Positions 31,601-38,730 of a stretch of 64,000 bases of DNA are shown one piece after another. This DNA comes from Pseudomonadota bacterium. Its GTDB lineage: Bacteria > Myxococcota_A > UBA9160 > JADFDR01. Position 1 is the stretch's first letter; every line of letters starts with the position of its first letter. The DNA lies in the NCBI GenBank assembly GCA_003353845.1, contig PIVT01000014.1:3538-67537 (forward strand), written 5' to 3'. Below the pieces are notes generated by a model. The model was not told the origin of the DNA. It made no database searches and was given only the letters and a program-made list of their open reading frames with translations. Position numbers and translations under genes: made by a program.

Positions 31601-34375
31601 GATTTCAAATCCCTTCAAATACAGGTAGGAATTGGAATCGGTTCTGGGCTGTCCGAGACCGGGAGGATTGGGAACTTCTCTTTCCGCCATGGTGAAGCTG
31701 GACGGCGTCGTGCCGTGCTGCAAGTCTCCGCCAAACATGAAGGGGTTTAAACGCATCCCCATCTCACTGGTGCCGGGCCATTGAAAGAAGAAGTCCTTGT
31801 AATAGGTCCTGTCTTCGACAAACCCACCCAGGTTACAGGCGCTACCTTTACAATGAATCCAACCCCCGGTGTGATAATCAGGGAGATTGGTAGACCAGGT
31901 CGTTGTGGTTCCATTCAAGGTACCCAGCGCAGGACCCGAAGGGCCGTCTGCGCCGGTGTAGTCGAAGTGGCTGTACACATAAGCCAAACCGGGAGATCCG
32001 GCCACGAAGTACATGGATATGCGGTAGTCCGACATCACCACCGAAGTGCCATTGGTAGAGATGCCCGTGGAGGTTCCGTCATCCTGGAAGGTCAAGGTCA
32101 CCGTAGAGGGATCACCCGCCGGATCGGGAGCCCAATCCGTGCCGTTATCATTGTCCGTGTCTACAGCAGAACCACCCGTCCCGGCTCTGTAGCCCCAGGA
32201 GCCATCGGAGTCGCCACCAATGGGTCCAGGATTACGGTCGCCTGCACCGTTGGCGGGCGTGTTACGGACATTCAAGAGACTTCCCGTCAATGCACTTCCA
32301 GAAACCCCCGAATGCGTCCAAACGGGATTCAGATCGGTATTGGAGATGTCATAGGTGACCTTCCAAGTACCCACCTGGCCTTCGGGGCCGCTGCAGCGAT
32401 CACACGCGTCACCACCGGTAATCCCGTCGCCGAGTTCCATGCCATCGCCATCGCGGTCTCCCTGGTCGACATTGGGCACATCGAGACAATTGTCGCAGGC
32501 ATCGCCCACGCCATCGCCATCGGTATCTTCCTGGCCCGTATTATAGGTGTTGGGGCAATTATCAACGTTGTTGGGCAGGCCGTCGCCATCAGGATCGACG
32601 TCCAAGAGTTTGCCATTGACGAAGAGACCGTCATCAGCCGCAACTCGTGGGCCTCCAGAGGGATACCTGCCGTGACCGAGATCTTGGTAGGAGAAACCAA
32701 CAGTACGCGCCAACCCCATGCGCCAAGCCGCTTGGTTCATGACCAAAATACCGCCCTCAAGCAATCCATAGGCTCTCACGGTAATTGGCATGCTGTACTG
32801 CAAGGTGACGGACGCTGGCCCGACGCCATCCAAAATACCCGAGACCGTTTGATCCACGGGGAAGTCACCGCCGTCTTGACTGCCCAGGCTTGGGACCGTG
32901 AGGTCTCCTGTCAAGAGACTGGCTGCACCGTAGTTCACCAGCAAGGTCGGAGTCACTTCACCAACGATCACATATCCGTTGTCTTGACTTGTACCGGATG
33001 CACCCAAGCGCTGGGTCGTCAGTTCCATCTCCCAATACTCACCCTCGGCTGCATCCACCATCACATCTACTTCATAGATATAGGTGGGGTAGATTTTCCC
33101 CGTACCTGTTTTGCCAACGGATTCAGTTGCCGTCAGCGCAGTAAAGCGGGCCGAGAAATCACCCAGGGGGCCGGGTGTAAAGGCAGGCACATCGGCACCC
33201 GATCGCCACTGATTTTGCCCTGGAGGATGGAAGCTATCCTGACCGAGTAAATTGGTTTCATACCAATCCGTTCGATACCGAACAACCCCAGACCAGGCAC
33301 CCGTGGTTCGGTTGCGTGTATCCACACCAACGATTTCTGCACCACTGGAAGCGGCCGGACCAGCACAAGCATCGCCGACGAGGTCACCATCCGTATCTAA
33401 TTGATCATCGTTGTAGTCGTTAGGACAATTGTCGACATCGGCAGCAATGCCATCGGCATCCGTATCGACCAGGAATCCATTAACGAAGATGCCGTCCAAA
33501 TTGATATCGCGACTGCCCTGGGCGCCATTTTGCTTATACCAACCATTGCTCAGATACCCGGAATAGCGACCGATGTAAGTGATACTGTTGTTCATCCCCA
33601 TGCGGAAGGCAGCTTCCGAACGGTATAAGGTATTGGGAACCATTCCGTAAGCCATCACGCCAGCAAGCATGGTGTAGGAAATCGTCACCGAGGCCGGGCC
33701 CGTACCACTGAGGTAAGTCGGACCTGCACTCACATTGTTCTCAAAAAACGGAGTGTCTGCTGCGGATTGGTCTAACATCTCAACACCCAGGGTGAGATCA
33801 CCGCTGTCCAGCACCGTAGGCACATGGTTGATGGCCACCGTAGCTGTCGCGGCGCCAATATTCACGATGTGCCGGCTACTACTATTCCCGTAGGACACAC
33901 TCCCGGCACCGGCTCGATAGGCGCTCAAGTCCAGCTCCCAGTATTCGCCTTCATCGGCGCCAATGCTCACATGGATGTCGAACATGAATTTTGGATGAAG
34001 CGAGCCTTTATTATTCCAGGCAGACTTGGCGGAAGCCCTACCCGTAAATCGCGTATCGAAGTCAAGTGTAGTGTTCGATCCCGTAATGGCGGAGTCATGC
34101 TGAGACTGACCATTGGGTTGGTAGGCCGTATCTTTCACGGTATTGGTATTGCTATAGGAGGTTCCCAGAGGAAAAGAACCGGGTGCGTTACTTGAGCTAC
34201 TCCAACCCGCCTGGGTCTTGTTGATGAGCTGGATGCCCAGCACCTCGGCGGCCTGGGCCGCTGGCGCCAACCATAAACCGCAGAGCAAGATTGCAATGGA
34301 GCTCGAAATCTTGCTTTTTTGACTCTTCAGGAAAGTATTCTCTCTACGCAGCTGCTTAACACCCATTTCATCCAT
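28640..34375 (-). CDS. 1911-aa secreted hyper-acidic Ca-binding repeat protein (thrombospondin type 3 repeats, paralogous beta-rich modules, C-terminal double dockerin-like repeat)
   Basis: Signal peptide ...ILLCGLWLAPAAQA. Multiple DxDxDGxxDxxDNCPxxxNxxQxD units. The C-terminus GDINGDGAANNDDVTEILLALWGYG / DVTGDGNCNNDDVTEILLPLWGYG forms a dockerin type I-like pair. Confidence 0.85.
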   Translation of the reverse strand: MDEMGVKQLRRENTFLKSQKSKISSSIAILLCGLWLAPAAQAAEVLGIQLINKTQAGWSSSSNAPGSFPLGTSYSNTNTVKDTAYQPNGQSQHDSAITGSNTTLDFDTRFTGRASAKSAWNNKGSLHPKFMFDIHVSIGADEGEYWELDLSAYRAGAGSVSYGNSSSRHIVNIGAATATVAINHVPTVLDSGDLTLGVEMLDQSAADTPFFENNVSAGPTYLSGTGPASVTISYTMLAGVMAYGMVPNTLYRSEAAFRMGMNNSITYIGRYSGYLSNGWYKQNGAQGSRDINLDGIFVNGFLVDTDADGIAADVDNCPNDYNDDQLDTDGDLVGDACAGPAASSGAEIVGVDTRNRTTGAWSGVVRYRTDWYETNLLGQDSFHPPGQNQWRSGADVPAFTPGPLGDFSARFTALTATESVGKTGTGKIYPTYIYEVDVMVDAAEGEYWEMELTTQRLGASGTSQDNGYVIVGEVTPTLLVNYGAASLLTGDLTVPSLGSQDGGDFPVDQTVSGILDGVGPASVTLQYSMPITVRAYGLLEGGILVMNQAAWRMGLARTVGFSYQDLGHGRYPSGGPRVAADDGLFVNGKLLDVDPDGDGLPNNVDNCPNTYNTGQEDTDGDGVGDACDNCLDVPNVDQGDRDGDGMELGDGITGGDACDRCSGPEGQVGTWKVTYDISNTDLNPVWTHSGVSGSALTGSLLNVRNTPANGAGDRNPGPIGGDSDGSWGYRAGTGGSAVDTDNDNGTDWAPDPAGDPSTVTLTFQDDGTSTGISTNGTSVVMSDYRISMYFVAGSPGLAYVYSHFDYTGADGPSGPALGTLNGTTTTWSTNLPDYHTGGWIHCKGSACNLGGFVEDRTYYKDFFFQWPGTSEMGMRLNPFMFGGDLQHGTTPSSFTMAEREVPNPPGLGQPRTDSNSYLYLKGFEISREFVPPSALDDVDNDLVVCEVDNCHAINNPGQEDISGDGIGDACEEPNSDTDGWRDDLDNCPFTFNPDQLDSDGDAHGDACDNCDLIVNPDQLDSNGDGQGDICQKRDRDDDGWPNVEDNCGYDYNNDQADIDCDDIGDVCDPDNATPWTDIDLDGVCDRYDACDGNDATGDTDSDGVCDDIDDCLGDDATGDADADDVCDDIDICNGDDATGDTDGDLLCDNIDPCPLDNPDDTDGDGVCDADDQCQGNDLVGDADADGFCDDLDACYGDDAAGNSDGDGYCDDVDLCQGDDDSGNDDADGYCNDVDVCNGDDDSGNDDGDINCNDSDVCTGMDESGDADADTICDDSDECPGLDDLADADNNGLQDCLQTCAVGEDNDGDEVCGAADVCPGASPAPEFDDNIDTEANGVPDCLELACLVGDETLNQGAARTNWIWSGYAQTVLSLAPYGQEFVPQQPTLRAIEISLYDDDPALPNDPMQIILHEGSLAGPVVATSVDVTPFDGDFTPGKMVRFDFPTDIDVAIGNMYVFEVVAPNHRASPSYWDTTNPYLAGTGFYHQWGVITANGSDLGFETISAREGLTRGGDTDQDTICDDLDQCPGEDDLPDLDANGIIDCLQLCAVGEDADGDDVCDAVDACPGMDDHLDVADGGNGLPDCLELYCLTGGDTVDQKANNTVPANYSITGWASLGQRFQPSQPILRGINWWLQDVVPTEPNDPIYIKLHDGSLFTDPVIATSVPVTPFDGVFTMGLVRFNFPTEVAVVPEQTYLLEVVVPNTRAGTTPWYSVYSRGGGVIWGTNTSSADFGFESIYPGDGVSYGGDADLDTVCGHIDLCPGEDDTIDLAPADGTPDCAQGPCVAFGGDADADGFCDAGPDPDLCPDSANVTNTDTNGDGIGDECQCGDINGDGAANNDDVTEILLALWGYGAYTQPSNNWAICDVTGDGNCNNDDVTEILLPLWGYGAYNSPTVRWSCGGDSSPPVGLP
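29160..30360 (-). repeat. two ~243-aa paralogous coding modules inside the giant gene
   Basis: LELACLVGDETLNQ...LGFETI and LELYCLTGGDTVDQ...FGFESI align along their length. Examples are IILHEGSLAGPVVATSVDVTPFDG versus IKLHDGSLFTDPVIATSVPVTPFDG. Confidence 0.8.
30540..31150 (-). repeat. about 9-10 tandem 21-aa (63-nt) acidic di-cysteine coding repeats
   Basis: The unit is C-x-G-D/N-D-x-x-G-D-x-D-x-D-G-x-C-D-D-x-D-x. Examples are CLGDDATGDADADDVCDDIDI, CNGDDATGDTDGDLLCDNIDP, CYGDDAAGNSDGDGYCDDVDL and CQGDDDSGNDDADGYCNDVDV. Confidence 0.85.
32425..34240 (-). repeat. two ~300-aa paralogous N-terminal modules inside the giant gene
   Basis: EGEYWELDLSAYRAGA...GPASVTISYTM...FRMGMN...DGIFVNGFLVD aligns with EGEYWEMELTTQRLGA...GPASVTLQYSM...WRMGLA...DGLFVNGKLLD. 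Each module ends in TSP3 repeats, and the spacing is 900 nt. Confidence 0.8.
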
Positions 34376-34497
34376 CCTTATTTACAGTATCCAGGCACAT
34401 TGACACTGCGCTATCGAATTGAAGTACCATCTGATCGCCAAGCTCAAAACTAGAAAATCCTCTGCCTCCTGATTTAGGAACGGATCCCTGCGCTTGC

Positions 34498-34520
34498 ATT
34501 GCATACCTTGGGTATGCAAT
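34498..34520. promoter_or_regulatory. perfect 10-bp inverted repeat overlapping the -12 element and predicted start site
   Basis: ATTGCATACC-TTG-GGTATGCAAT read directly. The right arm contains the TTGCA of the sigma-54 -12 box. Confidence 0.4.
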
Positions 34521-34530
34521 TGACATGCCA
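34515..34530 (-). promoter_or_regulatory. sigma-54 (-24/-12) promoter for the giant repeat-protein gene
   Basis: The minus strand reads TGGCATGTCAATTGCA, against consensus TGGCACG-N4-TTGCA. The GG and GC dinucleotides are at the exact spacing with one mismatch. It lies about 140 nt upstream of ATG 34375. Confidence 0.65.
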
Positions 34531-34640
34531 GGTAAATCAAGATTATTAGTGCCACAATTCAGGTGCTTACAAGGCTTTAGGGATTTCTATAGTTAACTAT
34601 GTGAACATTATTTACAGCTATTGAGCAAATGAATCGCGGC

Positions 34641-34660
34641 CCGTAGCCGATACATTCAAA
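34641..34660. repeat. direct repeat copy 1 (CCGTAGCCGATACATTCAAA)
   Basis: Perfect 20-mer also found at 34855..34874. Similarity extends about 10 nt further (GAATCGCGGC versus GAATTGCAAT). It lies about 115-145 nt upstream of the sigma-54 promoter. Confidence 0.9.
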
Positions 34661-34854
34661 ATATTATTCAAGTTGCACACTTGTTATATGTCTCGATAAA
34701 AACAGAGCTATACACGACCGCGGTTCACCTTATTGCAAGTATACTTTTTTTCAAACACGAGTACACTGTACGCACTGAAAAGCTCCAACAAAACTGATGT
34801 GCTAGTAAATTATGAATATGGAATTAAACACAGCGTGAATGCAAGAATTGCAAT

Positions 34855-34874
34855 CCGTAGCCGATACATTCAAA
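34855..34874. repeat. direct repeat copy 2 (CCGTAGCCGATACATTCAAA)
   Basis: Identical 20-mer 214 nt from copy 1. It is embedded in a CCGATAC...GTATCGG inverted repeat just downstream of the glnK stop. Confidence 0.9.
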
Positions 34875-34921
34875 TTTCAAACGCAAACTGCGTATCGGTT
34901 GCACGTTCAAGAAGAAATTTT

Positions 34922-35320
<399 letters not shown>

Positions 35321-35350
35321 TTACGTGATCATTTTCCCCGGCACAAATGG

Positions 35351-36721
35351 CTAGTAGCGGTAACCCGTTTCTTCGTGCAGAGCGAGATCGAGTCCCTGAT
35401 TCTCGTCCTGAGCCGTTACGCGCAATCCGATTGTCTTATCGATTCCCTTCAAGAGAATGTAGCTGACCAGACCCGTATACACAGCGGTGACAACGGCAGC
35501 GCAGAGCTGCGTACCGAATTGGCTTCCTATGTTCAGGCTCCCTTGGTTGCCACCAAAGGATTCAGCGGCAAACACCGCGACCAGTAAGGTTCCCACGAAG
35601 CCACCCACACCATGTACGCCAAAAACATCCAGGGAGTCATCGTATCCAAACTTGCGCTTGAGGCTGGTCGACGCGAGGAAGCAGACTGCCCCCGAGACAA
35701 TTCCGATGCAAAGTCCGCCAATGGGACCGATAAAACCAGAGGCGGGTGTGACCGCCGCCAATCCTGCAACAGCCCCCGTCGCCAGGCCCAAGGCGCTTGG
35801 TTTCTGGTGAATAATCCACTCAATGCCCATCCAGGTAAGCCCGGCTGCCGAAGCGGATAGGTGAGTCACGGTAATGGCCATGGCGGCGTCTCCATTGGCG
35901 GCCAGGGCACTGCCGCCGTTGAAGCCAAACCAACCCACCCAAAGCATGCCGGTACCCGTCAGGGTCATAGTGAGGTTATGGGGGATCATGGCCGTTGTTT
36001 GATAACCCTCGCGCGGCCCGATCACGATGCAGGCCACCAATGCCGCGATGCCGGCCGTGATGTGTACGACAATTCCGCCGGCGAAGTCTAAGACCCCTTT
36101 ATCTGCAAAAAAGGCACCGTCTCCACCCCAAACCATGTGGCAGATGGGCAAGTAAACCAGGATCAGCCAAAGACTTGAGAACCACAGCATGGCCGAGAAC
36201 TTCATGCGCTCGGCAAAAGCGCCGACGATGAGCGCGGGTGTGATAATGGCGAAGGTCATTTGAAAAGCGAAGAAAAGGACCTCGGGGATGTTCCCTGTGA
36301 GCGTGTCACCCGTGATTCCCAACAGGAAAGCCTTGGAACAGCCGCCGATGAAGGAATGCAGGCCGACCTTCCCCACTTCCATCCCCGTGCTATCGAAAGC
36401 CGCGCTGTAACCAAAGACAAGCCAGAGCACACTCATGAGAGCTGTTAGTGCCAGGCATTGCATCAGGACGGAGAGCACATTCTTGGTTCGAACGAGACCT
36501 CCGTAAAAGAGAGCCAAGCCCGGAATGGTCATAAAAAGAACCAAGGCCGTGGAAATCAGCATCCAAGCGGTGTCGCCGCTATCGAGAGTGGCGTCCGCAG
36601 CATGGGCTGAAGTCGCTTTGGCGAACATTAGAAATACAGGCAGGAAAACTTGTAAACTCTTCAATGCCAGTTTAAATCGAGTTGTTGGGATTGTCTTCGA
36701 CCGTGTAGCGTGGGTTTCCAT
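35351..36721 (-). CDS. amtB: ammonium transporter
   Basis: 456 aa. DSGDTAWMLISTALVLFMT, DFAGGIVVHITAG and GVHGVGG motifs, with an N-terminal signal sequence. Confidence 0.92.
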   Translation of the reverse strand: METHATRSKTIPTTRFKLALKSLQVFLPVFLMFAKATSAHAADATLDSGDTAWMLISTALVLFMTIPGLALFYGGLVRTKNVLSVLMQCLALTALMSVLWLVFGYSAAFDSTGMEVGKVGLHSFIGGCSKAFLLGITGDTLTGNIPEVLFFAFQMTFAIITPALIVGAFAERMKFSAMLWFSSLWLILVYLPICHMVWGGDGAFFADKGVLDFAGGIVVHITAGIAALVACIVIGPREGYQTTAMIPHNLTMTLTGTGMLWVGWFGFNGGSALAANGDAAMAITVTHLSASAAGLTWMGIEWIIHQKPSALGLATGAVAGLAAVTPASGFIGPIGGLCIGIVSGAVCFLASTSLKRKFGYDDSLDVFGVHGVGGFVGTLLVAVFAAESFGGNQGSLNIGSQFGTQLCAAVVTAVYTGLVSYILLKGIDKTIGLRVTAQDENQGLDLALHEETGYRY

Positions 36722-36844
36722 TCCTGCTCCGTCCCTGTTTTAACTGATGATCTACGATTTGTGAGTTCTGCACCGCCCCGCGGCCTTCCCCAATTCAGGA
36801 AGGGAGATAAGGAATATTTAATCCTTTTGCCCATTGTTTATTAT

Positions 36845-36864
36845 CTGTGCTGATTTCAGCACAG
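36845..36864. promoter_or_regulatory. palindrome CTGTGCTGA-TT-TCAGCACAG upstream of amtB
   Basis: 9-bp perfect arms, 125-145 nt upstream of the amtB start and immediately after the preceding terminator. It could be an operator/UAS or a second hairpin. Confidence 0.3.
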
Positions 36865-36866
36865 TC

Positions 36867-36906
36867 TAAAAAATTGCAGCGCTCCCTGTCTTCAGGGAGC
36901 GCTGCG
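36867..36906 (-). terminator. rho-independent terminator of the cytochrome operon
   Basis: On the minus strand, GCAGCGCTCCCTG-AAGAC-AGGGAGCGCTGC (12-bp stem) is followed by AATTTTTT. It lies 33 nt after the stop at 36939. Confidence 0.85.
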
Positions 36907-36938
36907 ACTTGACCTCTCTATCTGTAAAACCCTTCTTC

Positions 36939-38720
36939 TTATGCAATTCCCTCCTTCGCGTCAGCTGCGGAGTTCTTTTCGTGTTCGGCTACGAGCTTGT
37001 CGTATTCCAACCCGTGTTCCTCACGCAGGCGCTCGGTGCTTATCATTCCGGTCAGCATGCTCTTATCAAAAGGAAAGACTTCTGGACGGAACGTGACGCC
37101 CCAGAGGTGCCAGATCAGCACGACGAGCACGGCCAAGGTCGCTTCATAACCATGGGCCACTCGTGCTGCAACGAGAACAACACCGGGGAGGTAGGTGGTT
37201 GTGAACTCTGGGAAGACCAAGATAATCCCTGTCCCACCGATCAACACACCACCGAGGAAGAGTCCCCAGTACTCGAACTTCTCACCGTAATCGAACTTTC
37301 CGAAACGGGGGGCCGGGCCCAAACCCATCTGATGTCGCAGGCTCTCAAAGATATCCTTGAAATCCTTTACAGTGGGCAAGATATCCGGTCGATGATGCGA
37401 GCGCAGCGTTACAAAGACGCCGTGCACCACATGCGCCACCATGATCGCGACGAATGCAAAACCACACACGCGATGGATGAAACGTGCCGAGAAAATGCCA
37501 CCCCAGAAGTCGATCACGGCTCCGGCCACACCAGAACTCGGATAGCCTTGGGGGATCCCGGTGAGCACCAACAGAATGAACAAGAACGCCACTGCCGAGT
37601 GCTCCGCACGCTCCAGTTTCGTAAACCGCATCACGCTGGCAGGTAGCCCTTCAAAGATGGCCTCCTCGTCCGGCGCTTCGGCTCTGCGTGTTCGGTAATG
37701 ATGGGTGAGCTGGATGATGATGTGCACAAGCAAACCAACCAGCATCATGGGAATCAAGAACTGATAGGCCATGCGAACGATCCACACGAGGACCCCACGC
37801 TCCGGTCCGAGCTCACCATGCCCCAACCAGGCACCGGCGAATTGTGTTGATGCGCCATCGTGGCACTCAGCACAAACCGCGACTACCTCTTCTTCTGTCA
37901 GAGGCCCCACATTGTGCGGGCCATGACAGGTGGCACAGGTCATGATCTCCGAGGGGTCGGTGCCTTCCAAACCTGACAATAAGTGCTGAAAAGTAAGCCC
38001 GTGAAAATCATCCATATAGGAGGTGACCACAGCGCCTTCTCGCTCATACTTGAGAACGAGCAGGCTATCATCCGAATGGCAATCGATGCACAGGGTCGTC
38101 ACACGGGCGATCATGGGCAAGTCAGCCCCCTCGCCCCCGCCATGCGCCGGGTGACAGGTATTGCACTCTGGCAAGTCAGCGTTGGGGTCTGATTCCAAAG
38201 TAGCTTCCGAGTGACCACCGGCCTCGAAGTCCTCAAACTCCTCCTCGTGGCAGCTATCACAGCGGTTGAGAATGGTCAGAGGGGCTGTTTCAAAGCTGCT
38301 ATCAGCGTGCGCGGAGTGACAATCCACACACATTGGAGCATCGTCGCCCTCGGAACTATGTTCTTGCAGGGTCTCTTCATGACAGGACTGGCAGAGTTCG
38401 GATCGCATCTGCGCATACTCACGTGCGCTCATGTCGTAATCGAAATCTGGATGGTCATCCACGTACTCTTCACCATGGCACGACTCACAAGCCAGGATCT
38501 CTCCGTGCGCCGACTTACGAACCGCAGCGCCATCAAACTCAAAGTAAATAACCTTGCCACTATCGAAAACGAACTCCACCTCGTCCGGATCCATATCTTC
38601 GTGACAATCCAAGCACTCCGCGTTCAGTTCATCAATTTCTTCGGGGAGCAAGTCCTGCCCCCACGCAGGAACTGCGAGGGGCAGGAACAACAGTACAAGG
38701 GCAACAACCGAGATACGCAT
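36939..38720 (-). CDS. nine-haem c-type cytochrome fused to a membrane cytochrome b (HydC/FdnI-like) domain; CbcL-like quinol oxidoreductase
   Basis: Signal peptide followed by nine CxxCH motifs (CLDCH, CESCH, CQSCH, CVDCH, CDSCH, CNTCH, CIDCH, CATCH, CAECH). The C-terminal ~290 aa has about 5 TM helices with conserved His. Start set at ATG 38720, preceded by AAGGAG. Confidence 0.8.
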   Translation of the reverse strand: MRISVVALVLLFLPLAVPAWGQDLLPEEIDELNAECLDCHEDMDPDEVEFVFDSGKVIYFEFDGAAVRKSAHGEILACESCHGEEYVDDHPDFDYDMSAREYAQMRSELCQSCHEETLQEHSSEGDDAPMCVDCHSAHADSSFETAPLTILNRCDSCHEEEFEDFEAGGHSEATLESDPNADLPECNTCHPAHGGGEGADLPMIARVTTLCIDCHSDDSLLVLKYEREGAVVTSYMDDFHGLTFQHLLSGLEGTDPSEIMTCATCHGPHNVGPLTEEEVVAVCAECHDGASTQFAGAWLGHGELGPERGVLVWIVRMAYQFLIPMMLVGLLVHIIIQLTHHYRTRRAEAPDEEAIFEGLPASVMRFTKLERAEHSAVAFLFILLVLTGIPQGYPSSGVAGAVIDFWGGIFSARFIHRVCGFAFVAIMVAHVVHGVFVTLRSHHRPDILPTVKDFKDIFESLRHQMGLGPAPRFGKFDYGEKFEYWGLFLGGVLIGGTGIILVFPEFTTTYLPGVVLVAARVAHGYEATLAVLVVLIWHLWGVTFRPEVFPFDKSMLTGMISTERLREEHGLEYDKLVAEHEKNSAADAKEGIA

Positions 38721-38730
38721 GACGATCTCC

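Noticed and set aside
29663-33250. Very long plus-strand ORFs (459 aa at 29663..31042 and 489 aa at 31781..33250) antisense to the giant gene
   Set aside because: Their products are monotonous V/I/G/T/A/H strings, as expected from reading GAY/GGN-rich codons backwards. The minus-strand 1911-aa frame has a signal peptide and recognisable TSP3 and dockerin motifs throughout.
36909-37646. 245-aa plus-strand ORF opposite the cytochrome b domain
   Set aside because: It is a shadow ORF of the confidently called cytochrome gene. It has no ribosome-binding site or motifs.
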